Part shown: positions 23,122 to 35,228 of the stretch, piece by piece | How the letters are laid out: each line of letters starts with the position of its first letter | Position numbering within the stretch: position 1 is the stretch's first letter | Assembly: GCA_965240325.2 (NCBI GenBank) | Contig: OZ251225.1 | Location: forward strand, 1,984,001-2,048,000 | Length of the DNA stretch: 64,000 nucleotides | Reading direction: 5' to 3' | From: Rebecca billardiae RCC1528 | Taxonomy: Eukaryota > Protista > Haptophyta | The notes under the pieces: generated by a model | Told to the model about the DNA's origin: nothing | Seen by the model: only the letters and a program-made list of their open reading frames with translations | The model's database searches: none | Made by a program: the position numbers and the translations under genes

Positions 23122-24743
23122 ATGGCCCGCGGTGCAGGGCGGAGCGCGCAGCGTGGAGCCCGCACCAGCGGGCCCGAACCACGTTTCAAAAAGATCTTTG
23201 ATCAAGAAAAAAGGGACGGGGGGCGATTTTTAGGGCTGGCGGAGACCGAGTTTCGAGTTTTTGAGATCGCATAGAGAGGTCTATTAGGCCGAAAATAAGC
23301 GCGTCCAGCTCATTCCCTTAAGTAAAGTGCGATCTGGACGTCAGCTGGACGTGACATTAACGTAACGGTTCGTTACGAGCGCGATTTTGTGGGTAGACTC
23401 TCGTTCATGTGTGATAGTTTGCCTCCGCCTTGATGAATATGAACTTGGCTTCGCGGCGGTTGGTATCTAGAGTCTAAAACCCGCAAGCCTTATTGAAAAT
23501 ACCCGCGCAGCTATTCGTTGCCAGCCCATTCCATAGTCACTGACTTACCGAGCTGGCGAGCTCAAAACCTGCCGTCGTCGCAAGGACGACGTGCTGTGCA
23601 GGTTTCTTCTGCTGGGGTGGCGAGCGAGCCTCGACGACTCTTGGTTGGTCCGCAAGGGGGCGCTCGATGGGCAGGTGCGCGTGGCAAGTGCCGAGTGGCG
23701 CCTGGAGCGCGCGTCTGCGGCGGGTCCCGACGGCCGTCGACATCGCGTTCGTGCCCGCTCACTAGTCACTCCGCACGCCCCCGCTGCCGCGCCCTGTCGA
23801 TGCCTGCGCGGCCGGCCGGCGCGCGGCCGCGCCGCCGCCGCCGCAGCCGCCGCCCTGTGTTCGGGCTCTCGCAAGCTCGGGGGCAGCGGCGCATGATGCC
23901 GGACTGATCGATCTCGGAGTCTCCGACTTCACCACACGCCCCCCTTGCCATGCCTCTCCGCCAGGGTCTCCCAGAACTCTTCTTCAGAGCAGGCGCAAGT
24001 CGAACTCGGAACTGGCCGCGGCCCCGCGCGCCGTCGGCTCCCCGTGGCTGTCAGCTCCGCGAGTGGCCTGGGCGCCTGGCGTGCCCAGAGCTGGCCGTGC
24101 CTCTGCGACGCGTGCCGAGCCTGACCGAGGTGTGTCACCCCGTGCACGCGCGGCGCGCGCAAGCACCGGTGCTGCATGGCTGCTCGCACCGTGCTCCCTG
24201 GCTCGCGGTCAGTCAGCTCGGCCGCGTGGTGCCTGGTGTGCACGTAGAGTCGCGCTCATGCGTCGCTCACGCCTCGCGCCCGCCTGTCGGCCGTCGCGCA
24301 GGCGCGCAGGTCGAACCCTACTGACCTGCAGATCATCTACTCCTGCGCTGCTGGCGTCGCGGCGACGACGGTCAGCGGCAGGCCCGAACGAACGGTCGAA
24401 TCCGCGCGGTCCCGCGCCGTCCGGCTCCCTGGCTGTCAGTCAGCTCCGCCGGTGGCCTGGCGTGCAAGAGTCGCGCTCGTGCGTCGATCACGCCGAGTCG
24501 CATCCGCCTGTCGGCCGTCGCGCACGCGCAGGGGGTCAGGTAAGGGCCGTCTGTGATGAGGGCAGCTCGGCCGACGACCGACATCCACACTCGGCGCACG
24601 CCGGCGGCGGCGCGGCGCTGGGGCGGCGCGCCGCTGGATGGAGTCTAGTTACACGTGTACGGGACGACTGCGACGGAGGGTGCACCGCCACCGCGGGCCC
24701 CGAACTACGTTCGTTCTACGGAAAAGGACCGCGGAACGCGGTC
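23122..24743 (+). mobile_element. Non-autonomous Helitron2/Helentron-like element, family 1, copy 1
   Basis: 5' GGCCCGCGGTG (23124), subterminal inverted copy at 24689-24699, terminal hairpin GACCGCG-GAA-CGCGGTC at 24727-24743; homologous to 34474-35228 and 36919-38502. Confidence 0.7.
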
Positions 24744-24758
24744 ATATGTACTATACTA

Positions 24759-24789
<31 letters not shown>

Positions 24790-24806
24790 ATATATAAATC
24801 TATATT

Positions 24807-26806
24807 ATGGCGCACGGCCCCCCCGAAAGGTCTGAGCGTGAGCGAAAGCCGGGGGGGGCGGCGCACGTGCTCCGCAAAATCAAAAAAGAGGATGCGCGCA
24901 GGATTTGGGGGATTTTTGTAGGTGGATTTAGGTGTGAAATCCGCATTTGACTCGATATCGCTGCTCATGATTGCGTTTGTACTGCTCCTTAATCCTTGGA
25001 TAGTAAGTAATAGAAGAAATCGAACTCGAATACAGGACAAAGACATCTCTAGCTACCTTTCTGATAGTCAAGATTCGCCTGTTGAACAGATTGCAAACAA
25101 GGTCTGAGATATCGAACATTCTTTTGATATTTCGTTCACTCACCTCATATTCATCAAGCGACGCGAGATGTTATTGCGCGGGTAGTCCGAACCGACGTTC
25201 CCGCGCGCTCTCATATCATACGGCTATCGAGCTACTGACTTGCTGATATACTCTTGGTCATCTACTGATACGACGTCAATATGCGGGTAGTCAAACCCAA
25301 TAGGCGGGTGCTGGTATCTTTGATTCCGTTCTTTGAAGATCGAGCTACGCGCGCCCGCGCTCGCTCGAAGACTGCCACTGTGCGGGTGGGCTCTCTTCAG
25401 CGAGGTCTGAGATATCGAACATTCTTTTTATATTTCGTTCACTCCTCATATTCCTCAAGCGACGCGAGATGTTATTGCGCGGGTAGTCCGAACCGACGTT
25501 CCCGCGCGCTCTCATATCATACGGCTATCGAGCGCTACTGACTTGCTGATATACTCTTGGTCATCTACTGATACGACGTCAATATGCGGGTGGTCAAACC
25601 CAATAGGCGGGTGAGTGCAGGTTCTTTGATTCCGTTCTTTGAAGATCGAGCTACGCGCGCCCGCGCTCGCTCGAAGACTGCCACTGTGCGGGTGGGCTCT
25701 CTTCAGCGAGCTCCGCGTTGGCGTGGAGTCAGCGATCAAGCTGAGGTTGCAGCGCGGCAACATCGTGCAGGGTGGGCGGGTACCGACGCCGCGCTTCGCA
25801 CGCCGTCTGCGACGGCATCAAACGCCGCGACCACCGCGGCGCCCGGCCAGCGCGGCAGCGTCGGGCCTGCTGACGGCGGGCGTGACGGTCGGGCGGGCGC
25901 TACTCGGCATCCGGGCGCGGCGGCGAGTGCAGCAGCGGTGGCGGGCGCGGCGGCTGGCAGAGCGCATCTCGCGACGAGGAAATACTCGGCGCGCACGTCA
26001 CGCCGCGCGCGGTATCGATTCGTCGCCCGGCGAGCGCGGCAGCACCGGGCCTGCTGCCATGCGGGCGTGACAGCGGCCGGGCGGGCGCCGCAGCGGTCGG
26101 GCGCTGCGCCTGCGCTGGCGCGGCACTGTGGCGGGCGGAGCGGTGGCAGACGCAGCGGCGGACGCCGCGGCGGCGGGTGCGACTGCGGGCGGAGCGCATC
26201 TCGCGACGAGGAGTTACTCGCCGCGCACGTCACGCTGCGCGCATCTTCGAGTGGTCGCTCCGCAGCGAGTGCGGGCAGCACCGGGCCGCGACAAGAAGAC
26301 GTTCGGTGCGAACTTCATGCCGCGCACATCATCGAGCGGGGGCTGCGGTGCTGCTTCGGCGAGCGCGTCAGCTGCACCTCCGGCCGAGCGACTAGTCGAC
26401 GCAAACGACGACGCGCGACGCATCGAGCTGTTCCGAGCAGCATGCCACTTGGCGCTAGTGGCAGCGGCGGGCTGTACACGCTGACGACGTAGCGAGGCGT
26501 GAGGTGGTGGTCCACGCCACCGTCGTACCGCGTCGCCTCGCGCACCCCGAGCGCGCGCGACGAGCTGTACGGGCTCGGAAGCTGACACCCCGCGCCCGGC
26601 GCCGCGACCGCCGGACCCGCGCAGGCCCGGGGCCCTCTCGGAGAGCTGACTGATTTTCGTCCGCGCGCTTTGCTGACTGGTTATGGTAGCATCGTGCCGT
26701 GTGATTGGCGGTGAAGCCAACACGACAGCAACTACCAGCCAGAGCCTACCAGGGCCGTGCGCCCTCAACTTCGTTGTTTACTACCCGAAGATCGGCATAG
26801 CCGATC
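24807..26806 (+). mobile_element. Non-autonomous Helitron2/Helentron-like element, family 2, copy 1
   Basis: 5' GGCGCACGGCCC (24809-24820), subterminal inverted copy at 26752-26763, hairpin GATCGGC-ATA-GCCGATC at 26790-26806; both ends homologous to 58661-61548. Confidence 0.7.
25100..25710 (+). repeat. ~303-bp tandem duplication inside the family-2 element
   Basis: AGGTCTGAGATATCGAACATTC...CTCTCTTCAGCGAG starts at 25100 and again at 25403. Confidence 0.85.
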
Positions 26807-26846
26807 ATATATATAGAGAGAGAGAGAGAGACTCAGAGAGAGGAGA

Positions 26847-26927
<81 letters not shown>

Positions 26928-26944
26928 AGAGAGAGAGAGAGAGA

Positions 26945-27043
<99 letters not shown>

Positions 27044-27080
27044 TATATATATAGATAGATAGATAGATAGATATATATAT
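26807..27080. repeat. Compound microsatellite (AG)n(TA)n(TAGA)n
   Basis: Directly visible. Confidence 0.95.
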
Positions 27081-27780
27081 GTGGCGTTATTGGCACAATA
27101 ACTGAGTGTCTAAGAGCGACACCAAGATCCGGCTCGCTTGGCATCATCAACCAGCTGTCCGGCCGGGGCGCCCGCCGCCCAGCGCGCGCAGTCCTGGTCG
27201 GACCCCTTTTCGGCAGCCAATCCGGTCGGCACCGGGCACCGCCTGCAGGACTTGCTCGGCGATTCCTGTTCCATCCGAGGCGACTCTTCTGGCCTCGGCG
27301 CGGCTCGGCCCAAGGTACGGGGGCGCCATGACACAAGGCGCCGAGCCGAGCAGGGGGCCCACGACACCGCACGCTACACTCTCCTCCGACCACTCTTGTG
27401 AGCTCGGCACACAGGAGGTGTATACGCTGCTTTGGTAGTCCCCTCTGCTCGGTGAGGTTGCTGCTGTCAGCGCCTCCGCCCTGCAGCGCCGCACCGCAGC
27501 CGCGTCGTCGCTCGTCCGGCATCACATTCTCGTCCAGCAGCTCACGTGCTGCCGCGTCAGCTCCGCGGCGGCGGTTCACTCCTCTCGACCACGGGCAGCT
27601 GCGCCTCCGCACTGCCCGCGCCCGTCGTTCGTTGGTAAAATCCCGACCTATGTAACATGATCGTGTCCCAATCATGATCATCATCGTGGACTGTCCCAAG
27701 ACGCAGTTCACGCCACGACCATCCAGCTCTCGGTCGTGCTCGACGCTTCGAGCGAGCAGGGCATGGCGGAGTGGTTAGAC

Positions 27781-28020
<240 letters not shown>

Positions 28021-28173
28021 GCATCGTCCGCCCGGACGATCGTTGTGTCGAGCCACCCGTCCGCCGCTCCACTGGCAGCGCTCGGTCTGCTCTCGTCAGC
28101 AGCAGGCGGGAGCAGAGTACTCGACGCGGGATTGCCGCTGAGCAGGCCCTCGGCGGCGCCGCGCCGCGCCGGG

Positions 28174-29889
28174 TCACGCGGCGCACACGGGCGGCGCGAG
28201 CACCATGACGACCGAGCCCGCCGGCGCCCAGCTGCGCGCGGTGCACAGCACGAGCAGCAGCAGTGCCCCCCAGTGCACGTACTCGCTCGCGCGCAGCAGC
28301 CTGAGCATGCTCCACGCGGTGCAGCGCGTGCCCGGCTCGGCGGCGAAGCACGCTAACTCGTCCAGGTCGAGCTCGAGCGAGGGCCCCACCAACCCCACCC
28401 CAGGCCCCACCACGATCACATCCTTGATGCGCAGATTAAACAGCACCACCTCTCGCACGAGCACGCGCAGACACCAGCCTGCCACGCGGCAAACGGCGTA
28501 GTAGTAGTCATGGCCAGCGCGGCCAGAGCAGCTCACATACAGCAGGCCGAAGAGGAACACAGGCCACAGCAAGAAGAAGTCGAGGTTGTGGTCGTTGGGC
28601 GGCACCAGCCACGATGAGCCGCCCGCTGCGTGCTTTATGATGGTCGCCAGCGCAGGCGACTTGGACATGACCTCCAACGGCGCGCCTTGCATCACGCGCA
28701 ACATCACGCGCAATGCGCCCTCCACCACGCGCACTATCGCCCACGCCGCCGGGCGCAAGCCACCGGTGAGCAGGATGCCCAGGATGCGCGCCACAGCCTC
28801 GAGCCACAGGAGGTCGTCGAGTCTGGTCAGAAAGAAGCGCGCGCAAGCGAGGGCGTTGCGCAGGAACAGTGCGTACGACAGGTCGTTCGCCGCGCGCCGC
28901 ACCTCCGGGCTCGGCGGATGCAGCTCGAGGAGCGCGTGCACGAGCGCGCCCTCCGCGCGCGGCGCGAGCTCCGTCAGCTGCTGCGCTGCGACGAATGTGG
29001 GCCAATGCGGCGGTATGAGGCTTGGCGGCGGGAGGCGCCAGCAGTACAGCTCGGCGTTGAGGATGAGCCGATCGAGGAGCTTGCACGCGACGACCTGCAA
29101 GTCGTCATCGGTCGGGTGCCGCGCCATCGCCGCCGTCACGCGGTCCCCCACGCCCGCCCGCAGCGCGAGCGCGGCGCGGCCGGGCGCGTCATCCAGCCAG
29201 TCCCCCTGACCAATCAGATCGGCCGCGGCGTCGCATGCGTCCAGGAGAAGGGACTCGCTGTGGGCGTGCTCGGCCATGGCGTGCACGAGGGCGGGGAGCG
29301 CGCACGCGCGCGCCGCGGCCTGCCGCCGCGTGCGACCCGCCCAGCCCGCGCCCGCGCCGCACAGCGTGCGCAGCAGCCGGCACGCCCATCTCACAGTCTG
29401 AATGTTGCCCGGGTGCTGCCGCAGCGCGCGCGCCGCATGGTCCGTCATGCCCGCGCGGTGCGCGCGCCGCTTGCGCCCGAGCGCGCGCGCGTCGCGCCCG
29501 TGGCAGATGTAGAAGGCCGAGGCGCATGCCGACGCCTGCACGCGCCACGAGCCCGGGTGCTGCCGCATGGCGCACTCGATCGCTTCGAGAACGCTCGCCT
29601 CGGCGGCGACGTCGCTGTGCTAAGAGCCGTCGGGCGTGTCGTCGTTGCACAGGCATTCGGCGAGCTCGCACGCGGCACGCACAACGCGCCTCGAGGTGAC
29701 GTGCTCGTTGGTCACCCTCGCCACCATTCCGAACACGCCGAACTCGACGGCGAGCCGCCTGTTCACGATCGCGGCCTCGCTCGTGCCGCGGCAGAGCTGC
29801 GTGACGGCCGTGCACGCCTCGTCCGCGCCCTCGGCGTGCGCGGGGATGGCCTGCATGGCCGCGTACACCTGGTCGGGCGAGACGTCCAT
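28174..29889 (-). pseudogene. Armadillo-like repeat protein with hydrophobic C-terminus, interrupted by one in-frame TAG (29620-29622)
   Basis: Repeated helical units (AMxxHP....Q..AC..L); ORFs 29620-29901 and 28174-29568 are in the same frame, joined across a TAG by HSDVAAEASVLEAIECA. Confidence 0.55.
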
Positions 29890-30172
29890 GCCGCCGCGCA
29901 CGCCGCTCAGCGCGGCCCAGCCTTGATGCCGCGCCGCCGCCCGCGGTCGCGGCCCCGGCGCGAACGCAGGCAGGCGAGCCGGATGGCAGGTGACACAGCG
30001 GCACAGCGCGCCGCGCGGGCGCTTTGCGCCCTGCTGCTGAGCCGAACCGGACTTTCAACTTGCGCTCCGCTGCGGCCAGCTCTGCAAGACTTGCTTGCTG
30101 CACAGGCAGGGTGGACGTCTTGCACCCAGCCGCCGAGCACCTTCATACAGCGTGCGTCGTCCTTCCGGCGCG

Positions 30173-32017
30173 ATGCCGACGGATGAGGAGCACGCGGGCG
30201 TGCTCGCGCTGTACGTGGCGCACTTTGTCGGCGCGTGGGGCGACCGCATGTGGCAGTTCGCCACGCCCATCCTCTTCGTCGACATCTTTGGCGACACGCT
30301 GCTGCCGTCCGCGCTGTACGCGATCTGCGTCTACTCGTGCTGCGTGCTGTGCGTGCCCGCGGTCGGCGCGTGGGTCGACCGGAGCGAGCGGCTATGGGTC
30401 GTGCAGCTCGCGATCGCCGTGGATAACGCGTGCGTCCTCGCCACCAGCGCGCTCCTCGCGCTCCTCGCGCTGTGCATGCTTGGCGAGGGCGGCGGCGGCG
30501 CTCCAGCGGACGCGTATGATGATGTGGCCGCCACGCCCGCATCGCTGCCGCCACGCGCGCTCGGACTGTACGCGCTGGTCGTGCTCCTCGGCTGCGTGGG
30601 TGAGGCGATGAACCAGGCGCAGAACCTCGCGATCGAGCGCGACTGGGTCGTGCAGATCTGCGGCGCCGACTCGGCGCGGCTCGGCGGCCTGAACACCGTC
30701 ATGCAGCGGATCGACCTCGTCGCGAAGGTGCTGGCGCCCGCGCTGGTGGGCGTGGCGCTGCAGCTCTCGCCGGACGCGCGGCTCGAGCGCGTGCTCGTCG
30801 GCGCCGCCCTCCTTGGCGGCTGGGCCGCGCTCGCCCTGCCGCTCGAGCTGTGCCTCGCTCTGCGCGTGTACTCGAGGCACGAGGCCGCGCTCGCGTGCAA
30901 GGAACATGAGCACCACGGAGGGCTCGTGCACGCGCACCGGTGGGGCGCGCGCGTGCACGCGCACCCCGAGCTGCCGGGTGGCGGGCTCGGCGGTGCCGAG
31001 TCGGGCGGGGAGGCGGCGCGCGACGCGCGGCACACGCACGGCGACGGCACCGAGCACGCGCACTGCGCCGGCCACGTCGAGCACGTGCACGTGGTGGACA
31101 CTTCCCGGAACCTTCCGATCGTGCTGGTGCGCGATGGCGCGGCCGGCGCGGGCGCGCGCTGCTGCGCCGATGGCGCGCGGAGCGCAGGCGCGGCGTGCGC
31201 CCGGGCGTGCCATCCGGCGGCCGCGTGCGCCGCTGCCGCGCGCCGCCTGGAGCTGTATGCGCGCCACCCGGTCGCCGGCGCGAGCGTCGCCATCTCTCTG
31301 CTCTACTCGACTGTGCTCGACAACGGTGCGCTCATGACGGCGTACCTGCAGTGGCGCCGCGTGCCGCCGGCGCTGCTCGGCGGCTCGCGCGCGGCGGGCG
31401 CGGCGTTCGGGCTGGCGGGCACGTTCGCGTTCCCGCGCGTGACCGCGCGCTTTGGCGGGCGGTTCGAGCGCACCGGGCTCGTGGCCATCTGGTCGTTCTG
31501 GCTGTGCATCGCGCCGGTCGGCGCGGCGTTCGCGCTCGGAGGCGGGCTGTCCGCCGCGGCGGACTACGTACTCCTCGGCTGCGTCGTGGCCTCGCGCGCG
31601 GCGCTGTGGACCTTCGACCTCGCGGAGACGCAGGTGATGCAGGAGCGCGTGCAGCCGCGGCTCCGCGGCACGCTCAACGGCGTGCAGACCTCGCTGTGCC
31701 AGGGCTGCTATGTCCTCGTCATGCTCGCCGGCGCCGCGTGCCATCGGCCCGCCCAGTTTGGGCTGCTGGTCGGCTGGAGCGTGGCGGCTGTGCTGCTCGC
31801 GGCGCTCACGTACACGCGCTGGTACCTGATGCAGGGGAGAACGGGCGGCGCGCTCGGCGAGGCGGCGCCGCCGCTGCTCGACGCTGACGCGGCGGCAGAG
31901 GCGGATGCCGCTACCCGCGATACCGCGGAGCCACGCGCGCTGCCACCGGCAGCCCCGCGGCCGGGCGACGAATCGGACGATGATGAGCATCATCTGACCA
32001 GCACGCAGCCTGAATGA
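30173..32017 (+). CDS. FPN1: Ferroportin (SLC40/IREG-like) metal exporter with His-rich central loop
   Basis: LYVAHFVGAWGDRMWQF, AIERDWVVQI, LNTVMQRIDLVAKVLAP, SRAALWTFDLAETQVMQE..RGTLNGVQTSL are ferroportin signatures. Confidence 0.9.
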   Translation: MPTDEEHAGVLALYVAHFVGAWGDRMWQFATPILFVDIFGDTLLPSALYAICVYSCCVLCVPAVGAWVDRSERLWVVQLAIAVDNACVLATSALLALLALCMLGEGGGGAPADAYDDVAATPASLPPRALGLYALVVLLGCVGEAMNQAQNLAIERDWVVQICGADSARLGGLNTVMQRIDLVAKVLAPALVGVALQLSPDARLERVLVGAALLGGWAALALPLELCLALRVYSRHEAALACKEHEHHGGLVHAHRWGARVHAHPELPGGGLGGAESGGEAARDARHTHGDGTEHAHCAGHVEHVHVVDTSRNLPIVLVRDGAAGAGARCCADGARSAGAACARACHPAAACAAAARRLELYARHPVAGASVAISLLYSTVLDNGALMTAYLQWRRVPPALLGGSRAAGAAFGLAGTFAFPRVTARFGGRFERTGLVAIWSFWLCIAPVGAAFALGGGLSAAADYVLLGCVVASRAALWTFDLAETQVMQERVQPRLRGTLNGVQTSLCQGCYVLVMLAGAACHRPAQFGLLVGWSVAAVLLAALTYTRWYLMQGRTGGALGEAAPPLLDADAAAEADAATRDTAEPRALPPAAPRPGDESDDDEHHLTSTQPE

Positions 32018-32480
32018 TGCCCCCCAGCGCAGATCGGAGCAGTTGCTAAGCGACTCACGCAGTGACGCCGGAGATGCAGTAAAGTCTCCGCCGCGTCTTG
32101 CCTGAGTGCCTGACTCTGGCCGATTGATGTGGACAGTATAAGTACTTGCCTCCGCAGGCGAGCAGCGGCGCGCAGTTTACGCCGGGCATGTGGACCTGCC
32201 CACCCTTCATCTTCCAGTTCTTCCCTTCGGCTGGGGCTCGATCAGTCGACGTGGCGTCGCTCACAGCGCAGGCAGGTGTTTGGCGCGGCTGCACTCTCGA
32301 GGTGGCTGGGATACAACATCCAGGTGCAGCACCCTCCCCGTGTGGTGTCAGAGCGCGCTCCCGAGCGCGTGCCTCCGAGCGCGGGGCGGCCGCTTGCTGC
32401 AATGGCCGCCTCGATGAGGTGCGGCAACGCGCCCCTCACCTGCCTGCGCCGGTCTGTTTTGTGGCGGTGTCTTTGTGCAG

Positions 32481-32540
32481 TGTTGGATGGCGTCAATCAC
32501 GCCTTAACCAAGTGTGCACGTTAAAACATAGTAAACTGTA
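32481..32540 (+). repeat. Dispersed 60-bp unit (also at 62812-62871; diverged inverted copies at ~8502-8565 and ~60675-60740)
   Basis: 57/60 identity between 32481-32540 and 62812-62871, with unrelated flanks. Confidence 0.8.
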
Positions 32541-32616
32541 ACGGTCATCCGATTCCGAATCATCGGGCGGATTCCGTAACGGGAAACGTTCGTCTGCTGT
32601 CCTCTGTTGGCGTGTG

Positions 32617-34272
32617 ATGGCGGCCGATGAAGAGATTCTCGCCGCCTCCGAGCCGGGCGACCTGCTCATGAGCGCCGGCGCCGCCAAGCGTGACGTGTTC
32701 GTGGCCGTGCGCCTGGCGCTCCTTGGCTTCACGTACTACTCGTCCATCTGGTTCATTCGGATGGGCATCTTTGCTGGATCGTGGCGCGACGAGTGCTTGC
32801 CAGGTGGCGCGGACTTCAAGGCGGCGATCGGAGTGGCGTCATTTGTCGGCTACTTGTCCGGGATGCCCTTCGCGATGCTCATCACGTCGAAGCTGCCGTA
32901 CGATCGGCTGCGACCAGCCCTCGTCGCCGTGATCTTGATCTCGGGCTCGTGCTCAGCCGCAGTCGGCGTGCTGCCACCGCTCGGTGGCGTGCTGCTGTTC
33001 GCAGGGACAACCCATGCCCTGGCGCCCGCCTGGGGGCTGCTTATGCGCTGCCTCGAAGGGCGTGCGCGCACGGAGGCGATCGCTGCGTTCGTCTCGTTCT
33101 CGTGGATCGGCCTCTCGGGCGTTGTTAAGGCGGTCGGTCGGTGGATGCTCGCCGCCGGCCTCTCTGAGCGGCAGATGGTGATGGCGTGCGCTGCGATCGG
33201 CGTGCTGGGCGGCTGCACGAGCGCAGTGCTGCTGTCCATGCAGCCGGCCCCGTCCGCCATCGACCAGTACCACTGCGGTCACCGCCCACACGCCACCTCT
33301 GCCCGCTCCGAGCTACGCAGCGTCTTGAGCCGGCACGGTGTCGGCATCGTGCCCTGCATCATGGCATACGTGATCTTGAATGTGCTTCGCATCATCCGCG
33401 ACTACTGGCAGCCGGAGCTGCTCGGCGCGCTCGGCGTGTGCGCTCCGATGGCGATGGCCGAGTCCGAGATGGGGCTCAGTGTGCTCGTCCTCGGCTTGCT
33501 GGCCATGATCTCCGCCGTGCGGGACAGCCTGACCGCCCTCCGGCTGATGTGCGCGCTGGGGCTCGCGGGCTTTGCGCTAGTCGGAGGGCTCACGCTGCTG
33601 TGGCGTGCCGGCCTGCTGGACGGCTTCCAGTGGCTCACGGGGATCGGCGCCGGGGTGTTCCTCGCGTACACGCCCCCGGGCACGGTTCTGTACGACAGGC
33701 TTTTCGCCGCCGCACGCGAGGACCTCACCAGCACGCCGGTCCTCGTCCTGGGCGACGGGTTAGGGTCGCTCTTCAGCGCGATGGTGCTGTGCTGGCTCAT
33801 GATGGTGCGGCCCGCTGATGGCGGCGATGGGGGCGCCTGCGTGGGCGCGGGCACGCACGAGGCAACGGCACACGGCAGCCCGCCGCCGCCTCCCGCGCCG
33901 CCCGCGCCGGCGGTGCCACTGGCTGGGGCGGCGGCGTGTCCGGGCGCGGACGAGTGGATGCTCCGCATCTTTGTGCGCGTGCTGCTCCTCGGCTCTGTGT
34001 GCGCCTTCGCGCTGATGTGCGCCGCCACGATCTCGTTCGACGTCACGGCGCGCAGGAGTCGCACAAAGGCAGCCGCCCGACGGCAGCGATCTGCAGATGA
34101 TCATGATGGTGGCACGCATCCCAGCGAGCTGGCAGCGGTGCCGAACGACGACCTGTCTGAGTTGGGCGACGTTGGGCTTGCCCTAGCAGCAGACGGCTCG
34201 GCGGTGCCGCAGTCTGTGGTTCAGTCGCCTGTGGTCAGTGCGCCGTTGGCCGTTGATGATGGTGATGATTAA
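32617..34272 (+). CDS. Multi-pass membrane protein, DUF5690/MFS-like transporter
   Basis: About 11-12 hydrophobic segments; LEGRARTEAIAAF..SGVVKAVG.W, LRIIRDYW.PE, G.FLAY.P...LYDRL resemble DUF5690 as recalled; no introns. Confidence 0.65.
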   Translation: MAADEEILAASEPGDLLMSAGAAKRDVFVAVRLALLGFTYYSSIWFIRMGIFAGSWRDECLPGGADFKAAIGVASFVGYLSGMPFAMLITSKLPYDRLRPALVAVILISGSCSAAVGVLPPLGGVLLFAGTTHALAPAWGLLMRCLEGRARTEAIAAFVSFSWIGLSGVVKAVGRWMLAAGLSERQMVMACAAIGVLGGCTSAVLLSMQPAPSAIDQYHCGHRPHATSARSELRSVLSRHGVGIVPCIMAYVILNVLRIIRDYWQPELLGALGVCAPMAMAESEMGLSVLVLGLLAMISAVRDSLTALRLMCALGLAGFALVGGLTLLWRAGLLDGFQWLTGIGAGVFLAYTPPGTVLYDRLFAAAREDLTSTPVLVLGDGLGSLFSAMVLCWLMMVRPADGGDGGACVGAGTHEATAHGSPPPPPAPPAPAVPLAGAAACPGADEWMLRIFVRVLLLGSVCAFALMCAATISFDVTARRSRTKAAARRQRSADDHDGGTHPSELAAVPNDDLSELGDVGLALAADGSAVPQSVVQSPVVSAPLAVDDGDD

Positions 34273-34473
34273 GGCGCGGCAAATGATGAGGCTCATGCAG
34301 GCAGGCGGAGAAGCAGCAGCAGCATCAGCTTATAATTTTATATCGTCATCCTGATCAATAAGATCATGGCGGCTACTGCTACAAACTAATAATAAATATT
34401 AGTAGTTAAACTATTACTAGCTGCTACGACGTATCGATCATCATATCATGGCGGCGGTCATCGTCGCAGATTT

Positions 34474-35228
34474 ATGGCCCGCGGTGCAGGGCAGAGCGCG
34501 CAGCGTGGAGCCCGCAGTGCGGGCCCTAACCACGTTTCAAAAAGATCTTTGATCTAGAAAAAAGGGACGGGGGCGATTTTCAGGGCCGGAGGAGACCGAG
34601 TTTCATCATCAATTTTTGAGATCCCCTTTAGCATGCATTAGGCACGAAAAGGGCACGTCCACAGGATTCCCCATAAGTAAAGCGTAGCCGGCCCCGGGCG
34701 TGAGCCGTGAGAGCTTACGAACGGGCAATATTATAGTGCAAAGTTTGACGGTTACACGTTTGATACAAACATACCCCCTTTCGAGGCAATTTTCGTCTTG
34801 GTAGTTTGCCCCCTCCCTTGATTAATGGTGTGAAGTAGTGCCTGTGACGTCCGGCGACGTTGGTCGGATCAGATCAGTGGCAGACTCTGAGTCACTCACT
34901 GAGTCTCACTCTGTCTGAGTGTCATTCGGGCGATGACGGCGAGATGCCCGCCTCAGATGGCATCTGGCTACGGGTGACGCCGTGCTCCCTCTCGCCCGCG
35001 GCCCGATCGGTCACCGGCCGTGTAGCTACGGTGAGAAGTTTATAGGCACTGCAGAGCCCAGAGTCAGAGACGAGTGAGAGTGAGAGTGAGAATGCGAACG
35101 TATTGAGTTATAGCGTAGATAGTCCGACGATTCATGCGCTGACAAACTGCGACGGATGAGTGCCACGGCCACCGCGGGCCCCGAACTGCGTTGGTTCTGA
35201 TGACGAAGAAGGACCGCGGAACGCGGTC
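34474..35228 (+). mobile_element. Family-1 Helitron2-like element, copy 2 (short, different interior)
   Basis: Same ~200-bp 5' end as 23122; sub-TIR at 35170-35180; hairpin at 35212-35228. Confidence 0.65.
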
